Assembly: GCA_002269645.1 (NCBI GenBank)
Contig: NIVC01000850.1
Span: 1 to 64,000 of the forward strand
DNA: 64,000 bases
Direction: 5' to 3'
Source: Macrostomum lignano
Taxonomy: Eukaryota
The translations under genes and the position numbers were made by a program. Below are positions 13,980-55,377 of this stretch, in pieces; positions within the stretch are counted from its first letter, which is position 1; the number at the start of each line of letters is the position of its first letter. Below the pieces are notes generated by a model. The model saw nothing but the letters and a program-made list of their open reading frames with translations, had not been told where the DNA came from and did no database searches.

Positions 13980-16006
13980 CATTCTCTACATCAACGAGTG
14001 CAGCTCCACCAGGAGACACTGCAGTGAGTTGACTGCTGTCCCGGAAGCTGGAACTGGCTGATGGCGACGGATCGCTTTGCAGAGTTTGATGCTGACCTGT
14101 TGGTAAAATAAATTTAGTTGAGATGCTGGTATATACTCAACAACATTAAAAAGTCGCCGCCTTTGAGAGTGCTCAGTAAATTCCAGCCCAGTATTGACTT
14201 TTGAGTGACGCAACTTGCGTCACACGACGCAGAGTTGGGCTGGGTGAGGAGGGATCGGGAAGAGCGGAGGGCGAAGACTGGATGGATTCAAGCTTCCGCC
14301 CGGTTTTCATTGCTTTACTTTACCTGCACTCTCAAAAAGTGGCGACCACAGACGGAATCTTCTGTGATGGCGAATTTTCGATGTTGCTAGGTATACACCA
14401 CACAAGCGTGCCAGTACTGTACGCAGGCATGCAGTCGTACATGCAGCGTGTACAGCGGCCTTCTTGACTTTCTAAACTACAGTACATACGGACGCTTACT
14501 AGTAGTAGTGCAAACAGCCAAACGGTCCATTATCCTTGTTTGTCCCGGCTGCAAAGCGCAGACGGTTTGTTGTTTGCCGTCTACTGCACGACCGCGGTGA
14601 CTGTTTCCGTTCTTTCTCGCCCGAAGCGCCAGAGTGACAGCGGCTGATAGGAGCAGCACCAGGAGCAGGCAGCTTGTGACCGCTGTTGCTATCAGGGTGA
14701 GCCTTGGTTAGTGGCGAAGGCAAAGGCTAATTAATAACATTCGAGGTTAGGATAGTGTGAAAGCGATCGTCTTGCATCCTCACTTAGCTCAAAGACATCA
14801 AAGACGTTTTCGCAAGATAGTGGCGCACATAGGGTTAGCCCCAGGGGACCTGATAGTTGCAGGAGGGCTGTGGTCTTTTGTTCATCGTCTTCGTGCATTG
14901 TCCTACAACCTGTGTTGAAGCAGTTCTACCAGCACGCCTATACAGTAAGCAGCCAAGCACTCATACACACGCTGACACAGAATATATACGCTCACATCTT
15001 AGGGCACACCCACAAATGCATATAGAGGAATGTATGCAAATCTAGGAATTTACACTAATGATTGCTCACTTCATATTCTCTAGCTGCTGTTGATGGTGTG
15101 GCTCAGTCGATGAGGTTTCCAAATCATTGCTCGTACTATAGTCTTTAGATGCTAGCGGAGTTTCTGTAGTGTAGCAACAGTACCTGCGTGTGCAAATTGT
15201 TTCCTTGTCTTTTAATTGATGTTATTATGTGTGCACGTATGATCAGGAATGCCATGAAACGTAGGACATTGTTTCACTTTGTCTCACCTGGTGCCGTTCG
15301 CGAATTGGCAGCAGGACAAGCCGGAGACTTTGCCGAATGTCAAATCTCGCCATCCGCACGAGAAGCCCGTCTGCCAGATGTTATCAGCGTCTTTATAGCC
15401 GGAGCAGAATACTGCGGTTAGTTGGTTGGTTGGTTGGTTGTTTGCTTCGTTGGTTGTTTAGTTGTTTGATTGGTTCTTTGGTTATTGGGTTGGTCGGTTG
15501 TTCGCTTGGTTGGTTGTTTGGTTGGTTGGTTGGTTGGTTGTTTGGTCGTTTAATTGTTTGGTTGGTTCTTTGGTTATTGGGTCGTTTGGTTATGTGCTTG
15601 GTTGGTCGTTTGGTTGGTTGGTCGTTTGCTTGGTTGGTCGTTTGCTTGTTTTGTTTTTTGGCCGGTTCTTTGGTTGTAAGCTTGTTTGGTTGTTTGGTTG
15701 TTTAGTTGTTTGGTTGTTTGGTTGTTTGGTTGGTTGGTTGTTTGTTTGGTTGGTTGTTTGGTTGGTTGTTAATTTGGTTGTTGGTTAGTTCGCTATTTGG
15801 TTGTTTGGTTTGTTATCATGTTGGTTATCTGTTTGGTTGGTTATTTTGGTTGCTAGACTTTGCTATCATATTTTTTCAAGATTAAAATAGATACAACTAC
15901 AACGCTAGAGAAAGATATCGATGAGTTAGCATATGCAGATCAAACCAAAAAGATTTATTAAAAGTTGCCTGCATGACTGATGAAGCTTACCTTCCTCTCG
16001 ATTCAT
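13980..16006 (-). CDS. Shisa-like transmembrane adaptor (FAM159/SHISAL2-type, 6-Cys, no signal peptide); 3' end incomplete
   Basis: Exons 16006-15991, 15411-15288, 15183-15070, 14702-14500 and candidate 14096-13980, all phase-compatible. Translation MNREEVFCSGYKDADNIWQTGFSCGWRDLTFGKVSGLSCCQFANGTRYCC..., TM LTLIATAVTSCLLLVLLLSAAVTLAL, then RARK. Matches the Shisa C..Y.D....GF.C..CC..RYCC pattern. Confidence 0.8.
15418..15850. repeat. GT-rich low-complexity repeat (GGTT/GTTT) in Shisa-like intron 1
   Basis: Direct reading. Confidence 0.9.
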
Positions 16007-16966
16007 TGCGCAGCCGGTTTACCCAACCAAAAACTCCTTGAACTGGCGTCGGCTTGTCTGAGGAAATTTTACTTCCAACTTTTTAACTCTGCCGAGTTTA
16101 TAAATCCCCTCTGCCCGTGCCGCTTCGGCGAAATCGATTCGAAAGCTTTTCGTTTCTCTTTTGGTTCCAGCGATGTGCAGACGATGGGACTACCGCACCT
16201 GCCGCAACCGCCAATCTGATTGCCGAGCGGTCTGAAATTTTGTTAAAACTGCAAAAAATTGTCAAGAAATCTAGGAGGGGGGGGGAATTCACCTGTGCAT
16301 TTTTATTTGGGCATCGGTTTTTGCAATGCCCGGAATCCAGGTAGACATGCTGACAGTCCCGCCACAAAGCGCTGCTGGATTGGGTCCTGTAAATGGCTCG
16401 ACGAGGGGTAACGGGGGCTGGCGAGGTTGAAATGTCCAACAGATTGCAGCCTGTAGACTGAAAGCCTGCATTGAAGCATGACTTCGATGGGATGTGGAGG
16501 ATGGGCAGTACTCGGTGCTTCACGACCCCACCCTGCCCCCCCCATCCCAGGGAGGAAAGTCGCTGTCATTTTTCCTTTTCCTTTTTTGCGCCATTGGATT
16601 CTCCCAACATAATTTATTGCCCGCGACAAAAAAAGCTTTTTTGGGGTGCAAGCGTTGGCAGTTGCTAGCTGGGAGACTGCAGTTCACACCTCTCTTTGGC
16701 TTTTCCGTTAGTAACAAACAGGGAATGATGGTACAGATAAATACATTTTATACTCACCTGAAGTTTTGCAACTCTGTCATCTATCTATCTAGACTGTAGC
16801 TAGAAACCGGATCCCAATCCCGATGCTGTTGAGCACTTTAAGAAAGGCAGTTATCAATAGATTATAAAAATCCAGCTGTGAACTCTGTTTTCAATTCTGT
16901 GCCACCAGATTCTCAACACCATTTTGTAGTGACTAAAAATTTGCTAAAGTTAGCGCTACCTCAGGA

Positions 16967-17670
16967 CTGACACTCAAGACTCTACATGCACTGACACCTC
17001 TGACACTCAAGACTCTACATGCACTGACACCTCTGACACTCCAGACTCTACATGCACTGACACCTCTGACACTTCAGACTCTACATGCACTGACACCTCT
17101 GACACTCCAGACTCTACATGCACTGACACCTCTGACACTCCAGACTCTACATGCACTGACACCTCTGACACTCCAGACTCTACATGCACTGACACCTCTG
17201 ACACTCCAGACTCTACATGCACTGACACCTCTGACACTCCAGACTCTACATGCACTGACACCTCTGACACTCCAGACTCTACATGCACTGACACCTCTGA
17301 CACTCCAGACTCTACAGCCTCTGACACTCCAGACTCTACATGTACTGACACCTCTGACACTCCAGACTCTACAGCCTCTGACACTCCAGACTCTACATGT
17401 ACTGACACCTCTGACACTCCAGACTCTACAGCCTCTGACACTCAGACTCTAGATACACTGACACCTCTGACACTCCAGACTCTACAGCCTCTGACACTCA
17501 GACTCTAGATACACTGACACCTCTGACACTCCAGACTCTACAGCCTCTGACACTCAGACTCTAGATACACTGACACCTCTGACACTCCAGACTCTACAGC
17601 CTCTGACACTCAGACTCTAGATACACTGACACCTCTGACACTTCAGACTCTACAGCCTCTGACACTAGAT
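16967..17670. repeat. 33-bp minisatellite with shorter variant units
   Basis: Unit GACACCTCTGACACTCCAGACTCTACATGCACT. Confidence 0.95.
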
Positions 17671-18469
17671 GCACTGACAATGACCATGTTTTCTGTATCA
17701 AGAATTTTTCATCTCTAAAATAAATATCTATCTGTGCAACTCGAATCCTTTTTTAATCCAGGGGCCAAATCTGGAACGCGGCGAAAACTTTTTATTTTCT
17801 TTTAATTATCTGTATAAGCATATTACAGAACCAGTGGGCAATCTGTAGGTCTAGCTGGGAAAAAATACAATATTTTCTCTGAAAGTTAACTCTATAGTTC
17901 TGCTCGAATCTAATAAAATCGAGTTGATAAACTGATGCAGAGAACTTGTAAATTGCAAAGTCGTATTATTCATGTCATGTAACTCATAGTCAAAGTAAGG
18001 CTCTGTACATTAAGGATTCACGACTGCATGTGGTCATTAGGCCAATCTGGTAACTGGAGATGGGTGCTTTATAGTTACAAGCCTTTCTAGTCTCTTAAGC
18101 AGTCCTAATCAGCTTTGAGATTCGAGTGGGTGGCCTGCCTTGACAAGTTAGTAGAGAGCTAACTCTCGGATAAAAGGGAAGGGGGGTCGTTTCGAGTAAG
18201 TCGGAGCAAAGGTACTAATACAGTGTGAGTGTACATGTACTCAAAGCGTTTGCAAAGAGACGAGTGACGGTCTATACTACGGATAATAACAATGAGCTAT
18301 TCTAAGTAATGGGGAAAATTTCTGATCAAAGAAAACTGAATTGTATGTAGGAATATTATGTCTAGAAAATTTCCCGGCATTAGTGAGAAGCAATAGTAAA
18401 AAAATGAAAATAAATATTTTCAAGTTACCTAAACAATAAACAGGCGGTTACCTAGTGACAAATACTCGA

Positions 18470-18965
18470 TCAGTGACATAACGAGCGACATAATGAGTGA
18501 CAAAGAGACAAAGAGTGACAAAAAGACAAATAGCGACAAAGAGACATAGAGAGACAGAGACAAAGAGTGACAAAGAGACAAAGAGTGACAAAGAGACAAA
18601 GAGTGACAAAGAGATATAGAGTGACAAAGAGACAAAGAGTGACAAAGAGATGATAGAATGACAAAGAGATATAGAGTGACAAAGAGACAAAGAGTGACAA
18701 AGAGATATAGAGTGACAAAGAGACAAAGAGTGACAAAGAGACAAAGAGTGACAAAGAGATATAGAGTGACAAAGAGACAAAGAGTGACAAAGGGATAAAG
18801 AGTGACAAAGAGACAAAGAGTGACAAAGAGATATAGAGTGACAAAGGGATAAAGAGTGACAAAGAGACAAAGAGTGACAAAGAGATATAGAGTGAAAAAG
18901 AGATACAGAGTGAAAAAGAGATACAGAGTGACAAAGAGATATAGAGTGACAAAGAATGACAAACA
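18470..18965. repeat. 18-bp minisatellite
   Basis: Unit GAGTGACAAAGAGA(C/T)A(A/T)A. Confidence 0.95.
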
Positions 18966-19076
18966 CTTGATAGGCGACATGCAAAAGTAGAGTGCCGCAG
19001 AGAAAGTGTCTGAATCCTTATTTGTCCATCGCGTCCACTTCCACTATCGAGGTAACCATGGAAACGCGCGGAGCCA

Positions 19077-24417
<5,341 letters not shown>

Positions 24418-24934
24418 TGAACAATCCAAAAGACTGACGGACAAACAGACAGTCAGACAGGGATATAACGGGTCTCCATTAGAACTCAGAATGGGGATCC
24501 ATTGCAGCGGATAATTAATAAGAGGTGAGTAGGATTTGAGCATGGGAGGATGATGCGGAGGTGATGTGGATGAGCAGGAGGCCGCTCATTTGTCCTCTCG
24601 GTTGAGATCGCATGCAAGCCTCTCCAGTCCCGACTCAACCGGCGCTGCATCCTCCTCCTCCCCAGTGAGCACACTGACTCGATCGCGCCCCGCTTTGCTA
24701 GCTTTTGTAAATGAGAAGCAGATCAAGTTGATAGCCATAGATTTGCATCTGGGGGGGGGAGGGTGCATGGGCGGTAGAGACAGGTGCAGAGACAGAGAGA
24801 AGGAAATGCGGCATGCAACAGCTGCAATCAGGGTGTCGCATCCTCCAGTAGTCCCTGGCCGCGGGTGAAATAATTATTGAACTCAATGATCAAATTTGCG
24901 AGCTTTGATATGCTCAGCGGTTCTTGTTTAGAAG

Positions 24935-25612
24935 ACACTGACAAAAATTACCTCTGACAGGTTTAGAAGACACTGACAAGAATTACCTCTGACAGGTATA
25001 GAAGACACTGACAAGAATTACCTCTGACAGGTATAGAAGACACTGACAAGAAGCATCTCTGACAGGTATAGAAGACACTGACAAGAATTACCTCTGACAG
25101 GTTTAGAAGACACTGACAAGAAGCATCTCTGACAGGTATAGAAAACACTGACAAGAAGCATCTCTGACAGGTATAGAAAACACTGACAAGAAGCATCTCT
25201 GACAGGTATAGAAGACACTGACAAGAATTACTCTGACAGGTATAGAAAACACTGACAAGAATTACCTCTGACAGGTATAGAAGACACTGACAAGAATTAC
25301 CTCTGACAGGTATAGAAGACACTGACAAGAATTACCTCTTGACAGGTATAGAAGACACTGACAAGAATTACCTCTGACAGGTTTAGAAGACACTGACAAG
25401 AAGCATCTCTGACAGGTATAGAAAACACTGACAAGAAGCATCTCTGACAGGTATAGAAAACACTGACAAGAAGCATCTCTGACAGGTATAGAAGACACTG
25501 ACAAGAATTACTCTGACAGGTATAGAAAACACTGACAAGAATTACCTCTGACAGGTATAGAAGACACTGACAAGAATTACCTCTGACAGGTATAGAAAAC
25601 ACTGACAAGAAG
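24935..25612. repeat. 35-bp minisatellite, about 19 copies
   Basis: Unit CTGACAGGTATAGAAGACACTGACAAGAATTACCT. Confidence 0.95.
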
Positions 25613-27046
25613 CACCTTGTATTAGTAATTTGGACCATATAGTTGGAGAAATTTTATCGCAAGTAGCATTAACAGTATTCTAGAAAATATCTGCATTCAA
25701 AATACTCGTACAGATCTCAGAGATGAATTTACAGGGGGCGTGGCAACTAATATCTGTTAGCTGTGCATCGTGGGACTTCAGTCAAACGGACAAATCCGCT
25801 ACACAATGCGGGTGTAGCCTTTGCAGCCTTCAGCGATTGTAATACGATCCGCTACCTGTGTATTATTTAATGGCATTGTGCGAAGACTCATACAAATAAG
25901 GTAGCTCAGTTCTTGAATAGGGAGAGCTTGTTCTTTAAATGTGTTTTCTAGCTGAAAAATTGCAGTTAAGGTTGGTGCAAACGTGGATAATGGCTTAGGT
26001 TAGAATTTAGGTACGTTTAGGTTAGAGCTAGGTTTTAGGATAGGTTTACAGTTTTATGATTTATGTTGCGGTTATGGTTATGCTAGGAAAGTGGTAGGAA
26101 AACGGTACGGTAATTTTAAAAAGCAGAATTTCTGAGTCTAATAAAATCATTTACCTTAAGTTTTCTCGATATTCTACTTACGGTAGAAATAGCAGAATTT
26201 TGCAGGGGTAAAAAGTAACGAATTTTATTAACTTTTTTACTTACATACAGTAGAAATACTGGGAAGATTTAGGATAATTTTCTATACTCCACCTAAGTTG
26301 TAAAATATTAGTTGTTTAATTAGTCGTGACACAAAAAATCCTAATAGAACTTCGCAAAATTTCAATACGAGGACCTTATTCACAAAATTAGCTAGAAAAA
26401 CAAACACATATACACTTAGCTCACAGATAACTGGGAACTGGGAAGTAATAAGCAATCATTATCGAGAGCACGACCAAGATACAATGGGTGCATGAGAAAC
26501 ATATTGTGTACTTTTATTGAAAAATTCCAATCATAATCTTTAAGAAATAGCTGATAATAAAACATTGCATCATCATTATACTATTCTGCAGGTTCAACAT
26601 GAGCGTTTCACATTTTTAAAACTGTACACAAATAATGGGTATTAAGAATGAATAATTTCATATTTATAGAATATCTCAGAAGGTAAAGAAGGTTAAAATA
26701 TAATTACTAAACAAAATATGCGTATTTTTCCTGTTGACTATTGGCTGTACATATGAATTATGAATTACCCGAAGAGCGTGTAAATATCTCGACGTTAATG
26801 TCTGTTTTTGAGAGCTAAATAAAAACAAGAAACTAACTATTAACAAATTTTAACTCAATTTTAAAAAATCAATTCAATAGAATGATAAAATAAGAACACT
26901 GAATAATGATGCTTACTTAATACTGGATAATTTAATTACTGTATTACATGTCTAATTAGTAATAATTATTATTGTCAACTGTATGTGTTTACGTAGCTCG
27001 TATAAAATTCGCACGAATTCAAATCACCCAAGAGTTATATCATGGC

Positions 27047-46771
<19,725 letters not shown>

Positions 46772-47334
46772 GTCTGATAATAATAATTTTAAATAAAAGT
46801 CAGGCGCAACCTGTTGTTATGATCCCCGTCTGTTTCGGTTTTGCGTTCGAATTATGCAGAATACAAGGGGGTGGGGGCAGTGCCGTGTTGCACAGGGTGA
46901 GGCAGACGGAAGCAAAGCCCAGTGCGGCTGAATGAAGTAGGGAAAATCTGTTTGCTAGGGACGATTTTCCCGTCAAGGGCTTGCTATTGGCTGCCCGGGT
47001 GTGCACCCTGTAGGAGTCTTTTAGTTGCTATGGCTAAAAAGACAGCAAGAAGCCTTTTCAGTCTGGCAATGCAACTAGAATGAGAAATGTTTTCAATTTT
47101 AATTTATATTGTCTGTTTGACTGAAAATTGGGCGACTCGTGCTTAGCGCTTCTCTACAGAGAATTCTCAATTGTCAATATCAAGGATACGAATGGCAGCG
47201 AGAGGGAATATTAAAATAATATTACTATCAGTAGCTTCCTTGAGTTCCGAGCTAAAAGTGCACTGCGGGGATAAAATATTCTGCGCTGATTCACTGTCCT
47301 TTCTGTTCGACATTCTCCTAAGGGGATGTCCTTC

Positions 47335-47825
47335 CTATTTGGGATTCTCCTTTACGGATTCCCTCCATTTGGGATTCTCCTCGACAATTCCCACCATTTG
47401 GGATTCTCCTTTACGGATTCGCTCCATTTGGAATTCTCCTTTACGGATTCCCTCCATTTGGGATTCTCCTTTATGAATTCCCTCCATTTGGGATTCTCCT
47501 TTACGGATTCCCTCCATTTGGGATTCTCCTTTACGGATTCCATTCCTTTGGGAGCATTTCCTTCATTTGAGATTCTTCTCGAGGATTCCCTCCATTTGGG
47601 ATTCTCCTTTATGGATTCCCTCCATTTGGGATTCTCCTTTACGGATTCCATTCCTTTGGGAGCATTCCCTTCATTTGAGATTCTCCTCGAGGATTCCCTC
47701 CATTTGGGATTCTCCTTTATGGATTCCCTTTATTTGGGATTCTCCTCGAGGATTCTCTCCATTTGGGATTCTCCTTTACGGATTCCATTTCTTTTGGATT
47801 CTCCTTGAGGAGGATTCCTTCCATT
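47335..47825. repeat. 30-bp minisatellite
   Basis: Unit TTGGGATTCTCCTTTACGGATTCCCTCCAT. Confidence 0.93.
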
Positions 47826-48337
47826 TAAGATTCCTAATTTTATTTTAAAAGGAGAGTTGTGTATCCTCAAGTCATTTTCTTATTATATATGCTGCTCTGC
47901 TTACTCGACAGTAGTAAAGTTAGAAAATCTTCTAAAATCTTCAATGTTGACTTCGAACTGCAATAAGTGCAAAATATTCAATAAAATCTGTCCCATAACT
48001 AGTTGGCATTCATCAGATCGTAATAAATTTAAGAACAAAAATTAAATAGATTAAAAAAATATGATCTCTCCAGATTTCTCATTTACAAATAAAATCGTCG
48101 ATACTTTCGATAAAATATTTCTGATTTTGAAATGCAAGGAACAGTGCCGCCTCTCCTTAAAATATTGACACCGAAGATCAAACGATGGAGTGACTACCAG
48201 AGAAACGGAATGTCAGAGATGAAGACAAGCTAAGCCAAAGATGAAAATAATTTAAACTGGAAACTCGATCACCTCGAACCGATTAAAAGTTGAGTCCAAA
48301 TCTGCAGTCCTCAAGCCCCACTGCCCTGGTGGCCAGC

Positions 48338-48915
<578 letters not shown>

Positions 48916-50089
48916 GCAGTAGCTAATTGAGACCTACAGTATCAATCCCTCAAAAGCTCTTTATGATCTCTGCAGCTCTTAATCTAGGAAAATTTTGAGA
49001 GAGTGGTAAAAATGAATTCGCTGCTGAGACAGTAGCTGCAGGTGGCTGCAGTCATGATTGGATGCAAAAAATCCTTAGCTCAGAATTGGCAAAGCTGAGC
49101 GAGACCGGAAATTGCTGACAGGCGCAGCCGATTAAAATTATGGAATTCAATATTGAACTCAACCACTGCCATGTGCTGGAGCGGCTGCTGCATCAGCAAT
49201 GCAATGCATCTACCGTTTGGTTTATCTTTTCAATATTTTGTTAATTGCGTCAAATTTAGTGACTCGGTTTATATTGCTGATTTTCTCATCTCACTTTCTC
49301 ATCAGATCTCATCTAATCTCGCTATCTTTCCCATCTAATCTCACTATCTATCTCATACAATCTCATTATCTCATCTAATCTAACTATTTATCTTATGCAA
49401 TCTTAGTATTGATCTCATCTAATCTCAGTGTTCATCACTTCAATCTCACTAAGTCTCTAATCCTACAATCGATCTTGAATCTATCTATCTCATCCAATCT
49501 CAGCATGAGTCTACCCCCTCATGACCATATTAAAAGGACAGACAAACTCACCATCTCACCTCAATCGCGGACAGTCTCGAACTCCAATTCCGAGACTCTG
49601 CATTCCGAGCAGAGTGAACCGTGGTGTAAGTTCTGGTGACAATCATTCCTAAGAAAGTCTCAAGGCTAAGCGGAAAACTCGAAAGCTACGGAGATCTCGC
49701 AATGCCTGCATCTCAGAGGGAATTAATATACGGAAGACTCGTGTGTTCGGGAACTTCCACAACAGCCAGCCAATAAACGTCTCCCAGAGGGGAGAATAAG
49801 TGGATTTATTAATTTATGTTCGTATTTTTCGGAAAGAGCGAGAACTTGAGATGAGTTTCGTATTAATAAATCGATGACAGAGTGCTTGTTTTACAGCTTC
49901 TGATGAGAATCGGGGGAGGGTTATTACAATTTTGGCATCTTAACACGTTTTTGCCCGAAATTAAAGCTAATAATACTACTTAGAATGATCAATTGCAGTA
50001 GTCTGAAAAGGAAACGTAAAGAAATTTAATATTTGGACAGTCTAAACACGTTCAAATAGTAAAGAGATATAAGTTAGTAGACAGTAAAC

Positions 50090-50495
50090 AGATAGTAGAC
50101 AGTGGACAGTGGACAGTAGACAATGGACAGTAGACATTGGACAGTGGACAGTAGACATTGGACAATGGACAGGAGACAGTGGACAGTGGGGACAGTGGAC
50201 AGTAGACAGTGGACAGTGTACAGTAGACAGTGGACAGTAGACAGTGGACAGTGGACAGTGGGGACAGTGGACAGTAGATAGTGTACAGTAGACAGTGGAC
50301 AGTAGACAGTGGACAGTGGACAGTGGGGACAGTGGACAGTAGACAATAGACAGTGTACAGTAGACAGTGTACAGTAGACAGTGTACAGTGGACAGTGGGG
50401 ACAGTGGACAGTGGACAGTAGGCAGTGGGGACAGTGGACAGTAGACAGTAGACAGTGTACAGTAGACAGTGTACAGTAGATAGTGGACAGTGGAC
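50090..50495. repeat. 7-bp tandem repeat (GGACAGT/AGACAGT)
   Basis: Direct reading. Confidence 0.93.
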
Positions 50496-51041
50496 AGTCG
50501 ACTGATAGCGCAGTCAGTTAGCAACTGTAATTTAAGACTTGGCCCAGATTATCCATGAGTTACTCTGAACTTCTCTCGATTACAGAAAATCAATAAAAAA
50601 AATTTTGCCCGAAATATTGCACAATGGTACAACAGGATATAAACAGAGCAGAATTGTCGTAAAAATGAAACTAGGAACTGATAGACAGAGTCTTTCGGTT
50701 CATTCAGGATAGAAGAAGACAGCCCATATAGCCAAGGGGAGTGCCAATAATTAAATTAATCTGCGTCTTGAAATAGAAATATCAGAAAGGAAGGACCGCA
50801 GAGGGATGCAATGGGGTGAATAAGCTGAGGAGTCGAGGGTATTAAGACAGCGGAAAAGCCTGAAATAAAAAGTTTGGACTCAATAATATGATTCTATGTA
50901 AAGTCAGGCCAAGACGAAAGAATTTTAGGGTTGCTCAGGATTTGCATGAGTTTATTAATACTGCGTTTCTGTGTACAATTAAATATTGGTGATCCGAATA
51001 GTTTTATACGAGGGGGGGGGGCTTCAATAATCAAATCTGTT

Positions 51042-51790
51042 CTCATACTCATCTCTCATACTCTCACAGTATATCTACTGTGTTCTATCTCTCATACTCC
51101 TACAGTATATCTACTGTGTTTTATCTCTCATACTCTCACAGTATATCTACCGTGTTCTATCTCTCATACTCCCACAGTATATCTACCGTGTTCTATCTCT
51201 CATACTCCCACAGTATATCTACCCTGTTCTATCTCTCATACTCCCACAGTATATCTACCGTGTTCTATCTCTCATACTCCCACAGTATATCTACCGTGTT
51301 CTATCTCTCATACTCTCACAGTATATCTACCCTGTTCTATCTCTCATACTCCCACAGTATATCTACCGTGTTCTATCTTTCATACTCCCACAGTATATCT
51401 ACCCTGTTCTATCTCTCATACTCCCACAGTATATCTACCGTGTTCTATCTCTCATACTCCCACAGTATATCTACCCTGTTCTATCTCTCATACTCCCACA
51501 GTATATCTACCCTGTTCTATCTTTCATACTCCCACAGTATATCTACCCTGTTCTTATCTCATACTCTCACAGTATATCTACCGTGTTCTATTTCTCATAC
51601 TCTCACAGTATATCTACCGTGTTCTATTTCTCATACTCTCACAGTATATCTACCGTGTTCTATTTCTCATACTCTCACAGTATATCTACCGTGTTCTATT
51701 TCTCATACTCTCACAGTATATCTACCGTGTTCTATTTCTCATACTCTCACAGTATATCTACCGTGTTCTATTTCTCATACTCTCACAGTA
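51042..51790. repeat. 36/35-bp minisatellite, about 20 copies
   Basis: Unit CTCATACTC(T/C)CACAGTATATCTACCGTGTTCTATCT. Confidence 0.96.
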
Positions 51791-52087
51791 TACCAACCTT
51801 CGCTAATGTACACAAACTAGTTAATAAATCTTTATTCCAAAGCAGTTCCATCTTCTTGAATTCATACTCCCCCGTCTGAACTTCAGGCCATTAGCAGCTG
51901 AGCTAAGATCAACTGCTACACCTTCTAGGCCAGCCTTGACCTGATCCCCTACCCCACCATGATTACCCCGCCTTGAAGCTCATCGGTACTGAGCAGGCCA
52001 GCTTTACTTCAATAAATAAGCCACCGGCCACGCCGTTCCTGCCGGGCTGGGCGACGCGGCGAAATGGTAGAAACGACATTATCCTCC

Positions 52088-53875
<1,788 letters not shown>

Positions 53876-54049
53876 TATCAGTTGATGAGGCGGAGTTGCT
53901 GTAGGGGTGTTTAATAGGTGGATGGTGTATAGGAGATTTGTTAAGAAACGGTTGCGATAAAGAAAGTCAATTGTAGACAGCCAGTTAGCCAGCATTGAGA
54001 CCGCTCTGGAAATTCACTGCGTGCTTCATTTGAGCATCCATTTACATAA

Positions 54050-54765
54050 TCTCTCTCTACTTGCCTCTACTTCTCCCTACTCTCTATCTACTTCTCTAAT
54101 TCTCCCTACTCTCTATCTACCTCTCTACTTCTCCCTACTCTCTAGCTGCCTCTCTAATTCTCCCTACTCTCTATCTACCTCTCTACTTCTCCCTACTCTC
54201 TATCTACCTCTCTACTTCTCCCTACTCTCTAGCTGCCTCTCTAATTCTCCCTACTCTCTATTTACCTCTCTCTACTTCTCCCTACTCTCTTATCTACCTG
54301 TATACTTCTCCCTACTCTCTATCTACCTGTCTACTTCTCCCAACTCTACCTGTCTACTTCTCCCTACTCTCTTATCTACCTGTCTACTTCTCCCAACTCT
54401 ACCTGTATACTTCTCCCTACTCTCTATCTACCTGTCTACTTCTCCCTACTCCCTATCTACCTCTCTACTTCTCCCTACTCTCTAGCTGCCTCTCTACTTT
54501 TCCCTACTCTCTAGCTGCCTCTCTACTTCTCCCTACTCTCTTATCTACCTGTATACTTCTCCCTACTCTCTATCTACCTGTCTACTTCTCCCAACTCTAC
54601 CTGTCTACTTCTCCCTACTCTCTTATCTACCTGTCTACTTCTCCCAACTCTACCTGTATACTTCTCCCTACTCTCTATCTACCTGTCTACTTCTCCCTAC
54701 TCCCTATCTACCTCTCTACTTTTCCCTACTCTATATCTGCCCCTCTAATTCTCCCTACTCTCTCT
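54050..54765. repeat. CT-rich minisatellite
   Basis: CTCTACTTCTCCCTACTCTCTATCTAC-type units. Confidence 0.9.
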
Positions 54766-55377
54766 CCCCTCCCATCTTCTATGTACCTATCTATCCTTTC
54801 TCCAACCTTTACCCTGTATCTCCACTGCCCCCAACGGGATGGATTAAGCCAACTCAGCAACACAGACAGCATCGCATTGGACAGGCAGCCAACACTGCAT
54901 CTCTGACATGGAGACAAGCTCCAACTGAAAATACAATAATTGCCCTCAACACGACAATGGTTAGAGCCCATTGCGCAGATGAGCAGGCTGCAAATCAAAC
55001 AGAATTAGCTATGCGTAAAGACACACAAAATGCATTTGTACGCGCATTGAGAGAAATACATATATAGAGCATGACAAAGACAATTTCTATATTTTTATGT
55101 CATTTTTCTGGGATGCAGATATGCGCTATAAAGGGTGGCAGTATTAAACAGGGTGCCAATAAATATTTGTGCACTGATACAGTTAGATAGCTGCTTTCCA
55201 ATTCAATGCACAAAGGGGGAAGAGGAGAATGGTAGACATGCTAATATCTAAGATATGTTTTCTGGTTTGTGCTTATTTTCTCAGTCACAAACGGACCAGT
55301 CAGTCAAGCATCCGTTTTCCCCTTTACCTATCTGATGATGCCTGCTATAAAACACAGCCGGTTCGGAGAGTGAAAAT

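Noticed and set aside
14323-14499. 28-nt intron model extending the Shisa-like tail
   Set aside because: Far shorter than any well-supported intron here (82 nt or more)
15096-15110. tRNA A-box-like TGGCTCAGTCG (also near 25900; B-box-like near 56670)
   Set aside because: No paired box at tRNA spacing and no cloverleaf; the first is antisense to a Shisa-like exon
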